Shown here in pieces: positions 19,243 through 29,583 of a DNA stretch of 59,111 nucleotides. The notes below the pieces were generated by a model. That model was not told the origin of the DNA. It searched no databases and saw nothing but the letters and a program-made list of their open reading frames with translations. Positions within the stretch are counted from its first letter, which is position 1. Every line of letters begins with the position of its first letter. The position numbers and the translations under genes were made by a program. The stretch covers positions 1 through 59,111 of the forward strand of contig JAHHIK010000048.1 in NCBI GenBank assembly GCA_019358935.1. The letters run 5' to 3'. The DNA is from Tolypothrix carrinoi HA7290-LM1 (GTDB lineage Bacteria > Cyanobacteriota > Cyanobacteriia > Cyanobacteriales > Nostocaceae).

Positions 19243-21147
19243 TTAGTAGGTCGCAAACTTAGGTAAATTTTCCTGGCGCCACTTCGCATCTACTTTTCGA
19301 TTTGTTCGCAATTCCAAAACCCGAATTCCCTTACTTGGTAGTAAAGTTAAGTTTTGTTGCAACTTCTCCCAAGAAGTAATCAATTCATGCTCTACTCCAT
19401 AAGTGGCGCACAATTGAGCAAAATCAATATCTTGCGGAGTGGCAAAAAATTCTTCAAATGGCGGGTCAAATTGAGCGATGGGTAACATTTCAAAAATCCC
19501 ACCGCCATTGTTATTAATTAACACGATGGTTAGATGTCCAACAAACTTATTTCTAATTAAAAAGCCATTCGTATCGTGCAATAAAGATAAATCTCCAGTT
19601 AACATGACACTGCTTTGATGACGATGGGCGATTCCTAAAGCAGTGGATAATGTACCATCTATACCATTCGCACCTCGATTAAAATGCGATCGCACTCCTA
19701 AATTATTCGGCTTCCAGAAAAATTCTACATCACGAACCGGCATACTGTTGGCGATAAATAGCGGCGTTCCCGCTGGTAGTATTTGTGAAAGCAACCAAGC
19801 AGCTTTACTTTCAACTAACTCATTCATTGTCGCCATAGTTTGGTCAACATTTGACCTAACTTGCGCTTCCGCATCACACCAAAGTTGGAGATAGGGAGTG
19901 GGAGATGAGGGAGACAAGGGAGAGGGGGGAGAGGGGGGAGACAAGGGAGAGGGGGGAGACAAGGGAGACAAGGGAGATGGGGAAGTGGCAATAATTCCCC
20001 CTTGTCCTCCTTGTCCTCCTTGTCCTCCTTGTCCCCCTTGTCCCCCTAGTCCCCCTTGTCCTCCTAGTCCCCCTAGTCCCCCTAGTCCCCCTTGTCCCCC
20101 TACTCCCTGCGTTAGCTGTTCAATCGATACTCGTAGGTGGATTGTCTTACCGTGGAGGGGGTCAAGATTTTGGTCGCTAGGGTCAATTATCCAGCGTTTG
20201 GCTTGTGTAGTATTTAGCCAGGTACGCAGTTGTTTACTGGTGGGAAGTTCCCCGATTTGAATTACTATTTCTGGTGCTAGCTGCATCGATTGCTGCTGCA
20301 AACGCAAAATTAGGTCATAGGTAGATATTAAATAGGGGTTGAGGTCGGCATAATTTCTTACAGGTGAGAGTCCCTCTGCAAGAACCGGAAATTTTAAGGT
20401 TTGGGAAAGTTGCGCGATCGCACTACAATATTCTTTTGGCTGCTGCACTTGAGCAACGCCGGCAATTATTATCCCTCGTTGAGATTGTAACCATTCTTGG
20501 GGAATGGGGATTGGGGAGTAGGGAGTGGGGGAAAAAGTTGTTATTGCAGAAAAGAATTCTTCTTCTGAAAATTCTACTTGTATATTTGCATCGGGAATTG
20601 GTGCGAGGGGGTCGCGAAAGGGTATATTTAAATGTACTGGACCTGGGACAGGGTAGAGCGATCGCTCCCATGCATGAATTACCGTTTGTCGCAGATAAGC
20701 TAACATTTGCATATCTGGTGAAGGTAAGGCTAACTCTGTTTGCCAGTTTGGGTAATTTCCATATAGCTTTAATTGGTCTATGGTTTGTCCGGAGTGACAA
20801 TCTCGCAATTCTTGCGGTCTATCAGCGGTTAATATCAATAAAGGGACGCGACTTTCTCTAGCTTCAATGACTGCTGGGTAAAAGTTTGCTCCTGCGGTTC
20901 CCGAACTGCAAATCAATACTACAGGACGTTTGGTTGCTTTAGCTACTCCCAAAGCAAAAAAAGCGGCAGAACGTTCATCGAGAATGGAAATCGCTTCAAT
21001 ATTATATGAAGCTTTGGCAAAGGCGAGTGCTAAAGGTGTGGAACGCGAACCAGGACAAATTACCGCACAAGTCAATCCTAAGCGCAAAAGCGTTTCCGCC
21101 AAGATAAAAGCCCAAAGTTGATTAGTATTGTTAAAGGCGATCGGCAT
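19243..21147 (-). CDS. menD: SEPHCHC synthase with an in-frame repeat-derived insertion
   Basis: CPGSRSTPLA, DERSAAF, SGTAGAN, NRGANGIDG and NNNGGGIF motifs. True start is probably ATG 21147. Confidence 0.95.
   Translation of the reverse strand: MPIAFNNTNQLWAFILAETLLRLGLTCAVICPGSRSTPLALAFAKASYNIEAISILDERSAAFFALGVAKATKRPVVLICSSGTAGANFYPAVIEARESRVPLLILTADRPQELRDCHSGQTIDQLKLYGNYPNWQTELALPSPDMQMLAYLRQTVIHAWERSLYPVPGPVHLNIPFRDPLAPIPDANIQVEFSEEEFFSAITTFSPTPYSPIPIPQEWLQSQRGIIIAGVAQVQQPKEYCSAIAQLSQTLKFPVLAEGLSPVRNYADLNPYLISTYDLILRLQQQSMQLAPEIVIQIGELPTSKQLRTWLNTTQAKRWIIDPSDQNLDPLHGKTIHLRVSIEQLTQGVGGQGGLGGLGGLGGQGGLGGQGGQGGQGGQGGQGGIIATSPSPLSPLSPPSPLSPPSPPSPLSPSSPTPYLQLWCDAEAQVRSNVDQTMATMNELVESKAAWLLSQILPAGTPLFIANSMPVRDVEFFWKPNNLGVRSHFNRGANGIDGTLSTALGIAHRHQSSVMLTGDLSLLHDTNGFLIRNKFVGHLTIVLINNNGGGIFEMLPIAQFDPPFEEFFATPQDIDFAQLCATYGVEHELITSWEKLQQNLTLLPSKGIRVLELRTNRKVDAKWRQENLPKFATY
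19893..20108. repeat. Inverted 9-bp tandem arrays inside menD
   Basis: GGAGACAAG-type arm followed by a TCCCCTTGT-type arm. Confidence 0.9.
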
Positions 21148-21162
21148 TAATTTAAATAAAGG

Positions 21163-21261
21163 AATGGGCATTGGGCATTGGGCATTGGGCATTGGGCATT
21201 GGGCATTGGGCATTGGATAAATTCTTCCTAGTCCCCTAGTCCAAGCGTCCCTAGTCCCCAG
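21163..21261. repeat. STRR arrays (TTGGGCA, CCTAGTC)
   Basis: 7-bp tandem units. Confidence 0.85.
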
Positions 21262-21353
21262 TTTCTGACAAAGACAATATTAATTTTAGATTTTGTATGC
21301 GAGAATTCACTTTAAAATCCAGAATGCAAAATTCATTTTTAGACTGAAATTTC

Positions 21354-21725
21354 ATGGACTCGATTCATTTAACGGGAATTCGCTGCTATGGCTATACTGG
21401 CTATCTGGCTGAGGAACAGGTGTTAGGACAATGGTTTGAGGTGGATGTGAAATTATGGTTAGATATCTCCACAGCGGCTAAAACTGACGCGATTGAAGAC
21501 ACTGTGGATTATCGCAGTGTCATTGCCAAAGTGCAACATCTAGTAAAGACATCTAAGTTTGCTTTGATAGAACGTTTAGTAGCGACGATCGCTGATTCTA
21601 TTCTCATTGAATGCGATCGCGTTTCAACTGTGCAAGTCACTTTAAGCAAACCCGCTGCACCCATTCCCGACTTTGGCGGCAAAATTACCATTGAACTGAC
21701 TAGAAGTAAGTCCAACCCATTTTAA
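21354..21725 (+). CDS. folB: Dihydroneopterin aldolase
   Basis: [23 protein letters not shown] and SKP motifs. Confidence 0.95.
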   Translation: MDSIHLTGIRCYGYTGYLAEEQVLGQWFEVDVKLWLDISTAAKTDAIEDTVDYRSVIAKVQHLVKTSKFALIERLVATIADSILIECDRVSTVQVTLSKPAAPIPDFGGKITIELTRSKSNPF

Positions 21726-21732
21726 AGCGATC

Positions 21733-22027
21733 GGGCAATTGGGCATTGGGCATTGGGAATTGGGCATTGGGCATTGGGAATTGGGCATTGGGAATTGGGC
21801 ATTGGGAATTGGGAATTGGGCATTGGGCATTGGGCATTGGGAATTGGGCATTGGGAATTGGGAATTGGGCATTGGGCATTGGGAATTGGGCATTGGGAAT
21901 TGGGCATTGGGCATTGGTAATAATTCTTTCCCCTTTCCCCCTTCCCCTTTCCCCTTTCCCCTTTCCCCTTTCCCCCTTCCCCTTTCCCCTTTCCCCCTTC
22001 CCCTTTCCCCTTTCCCCTTTCCCCTTT
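21733..22027. repeat. Long STRR arrays (TTGGGCA/TTGGGAA; TTTCCCC)
   Basis: 7-bp tandem units. Confidence 0.92.
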
Positions 22028-22145
22028 CTTTGTGGTTTTATTAACTTTTAAATTATTTTTTATCTGCATACGTAAATACCGCAAAGCATTAGTTTCTTTT
22101 TCCTCAAATAGTTACTTAGATATCAAAAACTGCCTTTAACTTTTA

Positions 22146-22243
22146 TAGGACTTATGCACTCATGTCGTCGTCAAAGCTTGAATTTATGTAGGGGCAATTC
22201 ATGAAGGGTCCCCTACAAGACTTTAGTGGGTGCGTAAGTCCTA
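22146..22243. mobile_element. MITE-like element (TIR TAGGACTTAYGCAC) enclosing a GTAG REP-like palindrome
   Basis: TIR related to the 17862 element; internal palindrome at 22188-22216. Confidence 0.65.
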
Positions 22244-22487
22244 TTTTAGTAATTTGAGGGCAATTTATCCCACGCATAAATAACTTGATATTAACTGCAT
22301 GTAAACATACAATTAATACCAAATACTGAGAATCCGCATAGTAACAAAAATTATGGGAATAATTATTCAGCTTTTTTATTAAGGTATGACGCAGTTAGTT
22401 TAGAGATTGATTATTATAGGATTATTCTGTTTTGTGATTGCGTTGACACCGACAACATCTGAGCCTTCGCAAATCGGTTATTTTAGC

Positions 22488-23786
22488 ATGGACAGTCCGA
22501 AAATCCTAGTTGTTGAGGACGAAAAAGTCCTAGCCGTAGATATTAGAAACAGATTACAAAACTTAGGATACACTGTTCCGGATATCACTGATTCTGGTGA
22601 GGAAGCAATAAAAAAGGTAGCAGAAACTCATCCACATTTAGTGTTAATTGATATCTGCTTGTCAGGAAAAATCAATGGAGTGCAAGTGGCAGACATCATT
22701 CAGAATAATTTCGACGTACCTGTGTTATATTTGACTGAGTATTCGCAAAAGCCTATATTACATAAACAGCAATTAACTGAACCCTTTAGTTACATTCTTA
22801 AACCAATTGCAGAAAGAGACTTACATGTTGCGGTAGAAATGACTCTTTATAAGCACGAGATTGAAAAGAAATTAGAGGAAAAACATCAGCAATTGACTGC
22901 AATTATTAATAGTATGGGCTGTGCCGTAGTTGTGACAGATACAAATGGTTGTGTCCAAATTATGAATCCTGTAGCAGAAAAGCTAACGGGATTCAAGCAA
23001 AATGAAGCAATTGGTAAAGATTTAACCGAAGTTTTCAATTTGATTGACAAGGAGATGAACGAACCAATTGAAAATTTAGCAAAACTTGCAATAAAAGCGG
23101 ATGCGGTTTTGAGTTTACCAGAAAACTGTACCCTGATTGCGAAAGATGGCAGACAAATAGCGATTGGGGATAGTGTTGCACCCATCCGCGATGATGATGG
23201 GAAAATAACTGGTGCGGTTTTAGTTTGTCAAGACATCAGTAAACGCAAGCACAAAGAAGCGCAACTGCTCCGCAATGCATTTTATGATGGGCTAACAGCA
23301 CTACCAAATCGCATTTTATTTACAGATAGACTGAGACAAACAATTGAGCGAAGCAAGCGACGCAACGATTACGATTTTGCGGTTTTGTTTTTGGATTTAG
23401 ACGGCTTTAAAGCAATTAACGATCGCTTTGGGCACTTGATGGGAGATAATTTCTTAGTAGCGATCGCTCGACGATTGGAATTATGCTTGCGTAGTGGTGA
23501 TACCGTCGCTCGATTTGGGGGTGATGAGTTTGCTATTCTTTTAGAAGAAATTAAAGACGTTAGCGATGCTATCAATATTGCCAAACGCATTCATGAGTCT
23601 TTAGCATTGCCACTTAACTTTAATGGACATGACATAATTTGTACAGCCAGTATTGGCATAGCTTTGAGTGGTAGCAAGCATAATGAACCAGAAAGTCTGC
23701 TACGAGATGCTGATATTGCCATGTACCGCGCCAAGCACCAAGGTAAGGCTCGTTATGGTATATTTGATGAAGCTATGACTCGTTAG
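22488..23786 (+). CDS. REC-PAS-GGDEF diguanylate cyclase
   Basis: ILVVEDE receiver, PAS/PAC, DGLTALPNR, RSGD I-site and RFGGDEF. Confidence 0.93.
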   Translation: MDSPKILVVEDEKVLAVDIRNRLQNLGYTVPDITDSGEEAIKKVAETHPHLVLIDICLSGKINGVQVADIIQNNFDVPVLYLTEYSQKPILHKQQLTEPFSYILKPIAERDLHVAVEMTLYKHEIEKKLEEKHQQLTAIINSMGCAVVVTDTNGCVQIMNPVAEKLTGFKQNEAIGKDLTEVFNLIDKEMNEPIENLAKLAIKADAVLSLPENCTLIAKDGRQIAIGDSVAPIRDDDGKITGAVLVCQDISKRKHKEAQLLRNAFYDGLTALPNRILFTDRLRQTIERSKRRNDYDFAVLFLDLDGFKAINDRFGHLMGDNFLVAIARRLELCLRSGDTVARFGGDEFAILLEEIKDVSDAINIAKRIHESLALPLNFNGHDIICTASIGIALSGSKHNEPESLLRDADIAMYRAKHQGKARYGIFDEAMTR

Positions 23787-23788
23787 TT

Positions 23789-23903
23789 AGTTGATAGTTG
23801 ATGGTTGATAGTTGATGGTTGATAGTTGATGGTTGATAGTTATTGACTCCTAACTTTTAACTCCTAACTTTTAACTCCTAACTCCTAACTTTTAACTTTT
23901 GAC
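23789..23903. repeat. STRR arrays (GTTGATA/G; TAACTCC/T)
   Basis: 7-bp tandem units. Confidence 0.8.
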
Positions 23904-24310
23904 TAATCCGTAAAAATTCCTGCAAAGCCGCTTGTATTTTTGGCTGCTGAATGTAAGCATCTGCCGCTTCAATCAAAGAGCGTGATATTCTCTTGACTAA
24001 CATCATCAATATCATCGCTTAAGCGTTTGCCTGTTAATCTATCAAGTTTGAATTGCAACCGCACGCAGACGATTATTCATTATTTGATTGCTGATGTATT
24101 CGTAAACATCTGATGAAGCATCTAATAATAAACCAACGAGCGGTTGTGCCCATTGAATTGTACCTTAGTTTTGCGCCTTTTCAAATGGAATAATTTGCGT
24201 GCGATCGCCTTTAACAATGGAAAGTATGCTATTTCAATCGCAGTTAGCATTCTTGCTGCAACCAATCCGCGAATTTCTCCACCATCTAAACTCAAAATCC
24301 GAAAATGCAT
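23900..24310 (-). pseudogene. Patatin-like phospholipase remnant (internal deletion and frameshifts)
   Basis: N-terminal RILSLDGGEIRG. Other frames give QWAQPLVGLLLDASS and LSDDIDDVSQENI...IEAADAYI. Confidence 0.8.
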
Positions 24311-24458
24311 ATTTAGTGCAAATTATATACAAATATATTTCATAAATTTACATTAATTTTGATAATTGCAAGACCCAGATCCCCGATTTATCGCTCGAAG
24401 TCGGGGATGTTGTTTATAATAATTTAATTATGTTAAAAACAAACTATAAATTTTGGTG

Positions 24459-25028
24459 ATGGAAAAAACTGAAAAAGAGAAAATGCTCGCAGGTGAGTTA
24501 TATTTAGCGACAGATCCAGAATTAAAGAGCGAAAATAAACGCGCATGTCGTCTGTTAAGACAGTACAACTCAACCACAGAAGAACAGCCAGAACAGCGAA
24601 GCCAAATTTTGCAAGAATTATTTGGTAAAGTAAGTGAGAAAATTCAAATTGTGCCGCCATTTCACTGCGATTATGGCAGTAATATTTATGTAGGCAACAA
24701 TTTTTATATGAACTATGGCTGTGTAATTTTAGACTGTAATACAGTTCACATTGGTGATAATGTTTTATGCGCTTCTTACGTCCAAATTTACACAGCTTAT
24801 CACCCTACAGAACCGGAAATTCGTCTTTCTGGTAGAGAACTTGCTGCCCCAATTAAAATCGGCAATAATGTCTGGATTGGTGGTGGTGTAATTATTTGTC
24901 CGGGAGTAACAATAGGTGATAACACTACCATTGGTGCTGGTAGTGTGGTTGTAAAAGATATACCAGAAAATGTCGTAGCTGCGGGAAATCCCTGCCGTAT
25001 TATTCGGCATCTATCTGAGAATAGGTAA
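24459..25028 (+). CDS. maa: Sugar (maltose) O-acetyltransferase
   Basis: EKEKMLAGELY, PPFHCDYG, hexapeptide repeats and GNPCR. Confidence 0.92.
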   Translation: MEKTEKEKMLAGELYLATDPELKSENKRACRLLRQYNSTTEEQPEQRSQILQELFGKVSEKIQIVPPFHCDYGSNIYVGNNFYMNYGCVILDCNTVHIGDNVLCASYVQIYTAYHPTEPEIRLSGRELAAPIKIGNNVWIGGGVIICPGVTIGDNTTIGAGSVVVKDIPENVVAAGNPCRIIRHLSENR

Positions 25029-25362
25029 TGGGTAATGGGTAATGGGTAATCGGTAATCGGTAATCGGTAATCGGTAATCGGTAATCGGTAATGGGGAATA
25101 GGGAATAGGGAATAGGGAATAGGTAATGGAGAATGGGGAATAAAATAATTACCAATTACCCCTTCGGGGTTCTGAAGTCGCTCATGGGGAGCCAGTGCGG
25201 TGGACGGGTTCCCCGGCATAAAGCATCTGGCGTGGTAACGAACATGACCGCGCAGGCTCACCAATTACCAATTCCCAATTACCAATTCCCAATTACCAAT
25301 TCCCAATTCCCAATTACCAATTACCAATTACCAATTACCAATTACCAATTACCAATGCCCAA
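25024..25362. repeat. STRR arrays plus a nested small dispersed repeat
   Basis: GGTAATC/G, GGGAATA and CAATTAC units. 25176-25244 is identical to 39879-39947. Confidence 0.88.
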
Positions 25363-25363
25363 T

Positions 25364-25744
25364 TTAAAATTTGTATCCTCTGGCTAGCCAATAGTGCCAA
25401 TCAGCGATCGCTTCTGTGGTTTCGCTATCAGCATCAATCGCTTCTATTTCCGATAGCTTGGCAGTAAACACATCTTCATCTTTACCACCAACGTAAACCA
25501 CTTCTAACAACATATCACGCTCGCACTCGTCTTCTGGTGCCATTCCCAGCACTTCCACTGTTTTTTCTTCCACGGTGGCTGATTTGCGTGTCTTCTTTTT
25601 CCACTTCGCATTAAATGGAACGTTTAAAGTATCGTCGAGATAATAGTACCAACCCATCGCTCGTTCTTCTTTGTCTTCGGCATCGGCAATTATCTCAGTT
25701 TCAATGCGCTCCTCGCGGCTTTGGTCTTTTTCAACGCTCGGCAT
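25364..25744 (-). CDS. ccbP: Cyanobacterial calcium-binding protein
   Basis: RIETEIIADAEDKEERAMGWYYYL...AIADWHYWLARGYKF matches CcbP as recalled. Confidence 0.92.
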   Translation of the reverse strand: MPSVEKDQSREERIETEIIADAEDKEERAMGWYYYLDDTLNVPFNAKWKKKTRKSATVEEKTVEVLGMAPEDECERDMLLEVVYVGGKDEDVFTAKLSEIEAIDADSETTEAIADWHYWLARGYKF

Positions 25745-25802
25745 AGAACACCCGATCAAAATGGTTGGACTATAGAATATGGTACTAGAGAGCGATCGCT
25801 TG

Positions 25803-26441
25803 TCAATTCCCTATCTGCTGTCTCACCCAACCACGGAATGAGCGAATCATCGCAATTTCCCCAATATTCAGACTTTCTTGTATAAATCGAGGAATTTCTG
25901 TAGTTAAAGGCAAATTAGAAAAAGTCGGGGAAACATCACATTCAACATAAACATTCTCGCGCAGTTGGTAAATCTGCATTACAGGTTCGTTATAACGCCA
26001 AACTTCCGGTATACCCAAAGCTTGATAAATTGGCATTCTATCAACAGAAGAACTGGTATAGTCTACCTCGATTACTAAATCAGGTGGTGGATCTTGTGTC
26101 AAGTCAAGATTTTGCTTTTGTCTCATCACAAGTTCATTTTGAATGTAAAAACTTGAATCTGGTTCCACACCTCGCAATAAATCTTGACGCTTACAAGTTA
26201 CTGAACCAGTACTTTTAAGGTTGAGGTTCAGTTCTTCGGCTAAATTATCAATTAGCTTCTCTATTAGCCTTTTGTTATGCTCATGCGGCATTAAAGGTGT
26301 CATAATTTCTAGTATTCCTTGGTCATAAGCCAGCCGAGTAGCACGATTATCCCCCATTTCTGCAAGGATGCTTTCAAAAGTCTGCCAACTGATGTTTTGC
26401 AGTATGACTCGTTGGGAACTGCTTGCTGCTGTCGTCACCAT
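25803..26441 (-). CDS. Uma2-family endonuclease-fold protein
   Basis: ISWQTFE, EPDSSFY, PPPDLVIEVD and GIPEVW motifs. Confidence 0.93.
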   Translation of the reverse strand: MVTTAASSSQRVILQNISWQTFESILAEMGDNRATRLAYDQGILEIMTPLMPHEHNKRLIEKLIDNLAEELNLNLKSTGSVTCKRQDLLRGVEPDSSFYIQNELVMRQKQNLDLTQDPPPDLVIEVDYTSSSVDRMPIYQALGIPEVWRYNEPVMQIYQLRENVYVECDVSPTFSNLPLTTEIPRFIQESLNIGEIAMIRSFRGWVRQQIGN

Positions 26442-26582
26442 AGGATTTCACCTCAGTTTTCTACTAAGGTATCAAGGAATTGGCTATAATCAGCAAATTT
26501 TTCAGCTAATACAACTTGTGGTAGATGTGAAAAATAGTTTTGCAGTTTATTTTGCCAATGTACTAAATAAAAACTAATTATT

Positions 26583-27638
26583 GTGGCTAGCATAATAGCA
26601 TTTTCCGTAGTTTTTGTAGGTATAGCATTGATTGTTTGGGGTACACAGAAAACGGCGACTGCGGCAACATTTAATTATGCACCTTTATTTAATGATGTGG
26701 ATAGCTACACTACAACAATCTCCGCAAATAATAACTTAGCCGATATCTACTTTCCTAACCCAAAAAACTTGAAAAGTGGCAAATACTCGTTTAGTGTAGC
26801 GCTTTTGTTGCAAGGTGCGCTTGTAGATAAATCAAATTACTCAAATTACGCCAGTATAGTAGCTAGCTACGGATTTATTGTGGTTGTACCTAATAACGAA
26901 CGTTTGGTTCCACAGTTTGGTAAAGCACTTGCACCTCAAACCTCACAAATCGACGCTGTTTTGGCACAAATGATCGCAGAAAACTCGAATCCTACTTCAC
27001 CTGTGCGGGGCATTGTCAATACACAAAAACTCGCCTTACTCGGTCACTCTTTAGGAGGTTCTGCTGGTCTTTCTGCTATTGCCAATCTTTGCGTTCCGAC
27101 AGTATGTGAAGGCTCGTTTCAGCGACCGAAGGAACTGGTAGCCGGAGCATTTTTTGGTACAAATCTTCGCAACGAAAACGATGAGTTTATCCCCATTAAC
27201 AATTCAGGAATTCCCATTGCTTTGTTGCAGGGAACCGTTGATGGCGTAGTGCTTCCCTATAGACCACAGGCAACTTATGATAATATCAAAGACGCTCCTA
27301 AGTTGTTGATTAGCATTTTGGGTGCAAACCACTTTGGCATTACAAATACCAATAATCCTTTAGGTGCAGTACCAGACCCTAATAACCCGACAATCGAGCA
27401 AAATGTAGCAGTAGAAACTATAGCCCGCTGGAGTGGATTGTTTTTGCGTGCAAGTGTTCTTAATGATAAAAATGCTTTTGATTATATTTATTCTACAGGT
27501 GATGTCGATTCAAAAGTGACAGTAATTAGTCAAACTAAACCTATTCCCGAATCATCTTCGGCATTAAGTTTGCTGGTGTTAGGTGCGTGGAGTATCCTGT
27601 TGCGAATGAATAAAAAGACAACCAGAGAATCGCAATAA
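26583..27638 (+). CDS. Chlorophyllase-like alpha/beta hydrolase with a PEP-CTERM-like sorting tail
   Basis: GHSLGG nucleophile, QGTVDG Asp and GANHF His; signal peptide; IPESSS-TM-basic tail. Confidence 0.8.
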   Translation: MASIIAFSVVFVGIALIVWGTQKTATAATFNYAPLFNDVDSYTTTISANNNLADIYFPNPKNLKSGKYSFSVALLLQGALVDKSNYSNYASIVASYGFIVVVPNNERLVPQFGKALAPQTSQIDAVLAQMIAENSNPTSPVRGIVNTQKLALLGHSLGGSAGLSAIANLCVPTVCEGSFQRPKELVAGAFFGTNLRNENDEFIPINNSGIPIALLQGTVDGVVLPYRPQATYDNIKDAPKLLISILGANHFGITNTNNPLGAVPDPNNPTIEQNVAVETIARWSGLFLRASVLNDKNAFDYIYSTGDVDSKVTVISQTKPIPESSSALSLLVLGAWSILLRMNKKTTRESQ

Positions 27639-27737
27639 AGATGCTAAGTTTAATTAAGCGATAAGCAAAGCTTAAACCCTTTGGGTTATCGCGCCTCAAA
27701 CAACTTATACTACTTATAGTATGACTTTGAGTAGGAT

Positions 27738-27950
27738 ATGGCTAAAATCTCTATTTCGCTGCCAGATGAACTACGTTCCTTACATCGACCAAAAAGTTGA
27801 AAACCGCAGTGCGCTGATTGAATCTCTCTTGCAGCAATGGCAGCAGCAACAAGAAGATGCAGCATTCTTCGGTAGCTTGTGCCTTGGTAGATGAACTTGA
27901 ATTAGGTTGGGGTAGCGAATGGCAGAACGCAGCAATTACCGAAGTCAATA
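27738..27950 (+). pseudogene. Frameshifted CopG/RHH antitoxin-like gene, no toxin partner
   Basis: MAKISISLPDEL, then YIDQKVENRSALIESLLQQW, then ACALVDELELGW, split by frameshifts. Confidence 0.65.
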
Positions 27951-27999
27951 CCTAAGCTTAAATACGGGATAATAAAACTGTGCGCTACTTTTAAAAATT

Positions 28000-29007
28000 A
28001 TGACTATCATCGTCTTCGGCAGCATCAACATAGACTTAGTAGCAACAGTACCCCGCTTGCCAATTGCTGGGGAAACGCTGTTAGGAGATAATTTTTTTCT
28101 TTCCCCTGGGGGTAAAGGTGCAAATCAAGCCGTAGCATCAGCTAGATTGGGAATTCCTACACAAATGGTAGGACGTGTTGGTGCAGATAATTTTGGTGCA
28201 GAACTTCTTAACAATTTGCAAGCTTCTGGCGTACAAACTAATAATATATTCGTTGATGAAACTGTCAGTTCCGGTGTTGCAGTTATCAACGTCGATGTCA
28301 AAGGTGAAAATCAAATTATTGTAATTCCTGGTGCAAATAAGCGCGTAAATCACGAAGATATAGAACGATTATCGCACTTATTACCAACAGCAAAAGCGCT
28401 ACTTTTACAATTTGAAATTCCCATGTCTGCTGTTGTCGCTGCTGCAAAAGCAGCCATAAATGCACAAGTAAGAGTAATTCTCGACCCCGCACCCGCACAA
28501 AATGATGTGCCAGATGAACTTTACCGCTTGGTGGATATTATTACACCAAATGAAGTTGAGGCAGGGCAATTAGTCGGTTTTCCGGTGGATGGGGAGGAGT
28601 CGGCAGCAAAGGCAGCGGCAGTGTTGTTGCAAAAAGGCGTGAAAAATGCGATCGTCAAATTAGGCGCTAAAGGTGTTTTTTGTGCAACTCCTGAAGAAAG
28701 ATTTTTTATACCTGCGTTTGCAGTGCAAGCTGTTGACACCGTTGCTGCTGGTGATGCTTTTAACGGTGGTTTAGCCGCAGCGCTTTCTCAAGGACATTCT
28801 TTACGCGACTCCGTTATTTGGGGTGCAGCAGCGGGTGCTTTAGCGGCAACGAAATTAGGTGCCCAACCTTCGCTACCGGATAGAGTTACGTTTGATGCGT
28901 TTTTGAGGGAGAGGGGAGTGGGGGAGTGGGGGAGTGGGGGACAAGGGGACAAAGGGCGACGGGTGTGGGGACAAGGAGACAAGGGGGAGATAACAACTAA
29001 CAACTAA
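28000..29007 (+). CDS. rbsK: Ribokinase (C-terminus runs into repeats)
   Basis: GSINIDL, GGKGANQA, PNEVEA and DTVAAGDAF motifs. Confidence 0.95.
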   Translation: MTIIVFGSINIDLVATVPRLPIAGETLLGDNFFLSPGGKGANQAVASARLGIPTQMVGRVGADNFGAELLNNLQASGVQTNNIFVDETVSSGVAVINVDVKGENQIIVIPGANKRVNHEDIERLSHLLPTAKALLLQFEIPMSAVVAAAKAAINAQVRVILDPAPAQNDVPDELYRLVDIITPNEVEAGQLVGFPVDGEESAAKAAAVLLQKGVKNAIVKLGAKGVFCATPEERFFIPAFAVQAVDTVAAGDAFNGGLAAALSQGHSLRDSVIWGAAAGALAATKLGAQPSLPDRVTFDAFLRERGVGEWGSGGQGDKGRRVWGQGDKGEITTNN

Positions 29008-29133
29008 CAACTAACTCCTAACTCCTAACAACTACCAACTAACAACTAACAACTAACTCCTAATTCCTAACTCCTAACTCCTAACTCCTAACTCCTAACT
29101 CCTAACTCCTAACTCCTAACTCCTAACTCCTAA
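28914..29133. repeat. STRR arrays (GGGGAGT, GGGGACAA, CTAACAA, CCTAACT)
   Basis: Tandem 7/9-mers between convergent genes. Confidence 0.88.
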
Positions 29134-29565
29134 CTACTTCCCAATGTCTTCATTCCACAATTCGGGGTTGGTTTCGATAAATTCACTCATCATTTGTTCG
29201 CATTCATCCAGATTCAAATCAATAACTTCGACACCGTGGGATACCATAAATTCTTTCGCACCAGGAAAGGTTCTAGATTCGCCGGCGATGACTTTTTTGA
29301 TGCCAAATTGTACCACTGCCCCAGCGCACAAATAGCACGGCATTAAGGTTGAATAGAGTGTTGTACCTCTGTAGCTGCCAATTCTGCCGGCGTTGCGGAG
29401 ACAATCAATTTCGGCATGGGTGACAGGATCGCTGTCTTGTACGCGCTTGTTGTGTCCTCTGCCGACGATTTTGCCATCTTTGATGAGAATGGAACCGATG
29501 GGAATTCCACCTTCTTGTCTACCTTGTTTTGCTTCGGTTATGGCAGCTTGCATAAATTCATCCAT
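29134..29565 (-). CDS. Cytosine/nucleoside deaminase (yeast FCY1-like)
   Basis: HAE and PCYLC zinc motifs; C-terminal WNEDIG. Confidence 0.92.
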   Translation of the reverse strand: MDEFMQAAITEAKQGRQEGGIPIGSILIKDGKIVGRGHNKRVQDSDPVTHAEIDCLRNAGRIGSYRGTTLYSTLMPCYLCAGAVVQFGIKKVIAGESRTFPGAKEFMVSHGVEVIDLNLDECEQMMSEFIETNPELWNEDIGK

Positions 29566-29583
29566 TTGTTAATTCTCCTACTT

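Noticed and set aside
19898..20260. Collagen-like or Cys/Pro-rich ORF
   Set aside because: It is the antisense reading of the menD repeat insert.
21148..21213. N-terminal extension of MenD
   Set aside because: It is made of TTGGGCA repeats; homology begins at MPIAF (21147).
21642..22084. Several ORFs (MPNAQ.., MGIGH..)
   Set aside because: These are translations of stop-free 7-bp STRR arrays. The same applies to the ORFs at 8543-8906, 9444-9807, 25133-25387 and 55129-55653.
22250..22487. c-di-GMP riboswitch or NtcA box upstream of the diguanylate cyclase
   Set aside because: No convincing GEMM motif or exact GTA-N8-TAC was found by eye.
29416..29583. N-terminal extension of the nucleoside hydrolase
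   Set aside because: It is antisense to the deaminase; the family signature starts at MSKQLVL.
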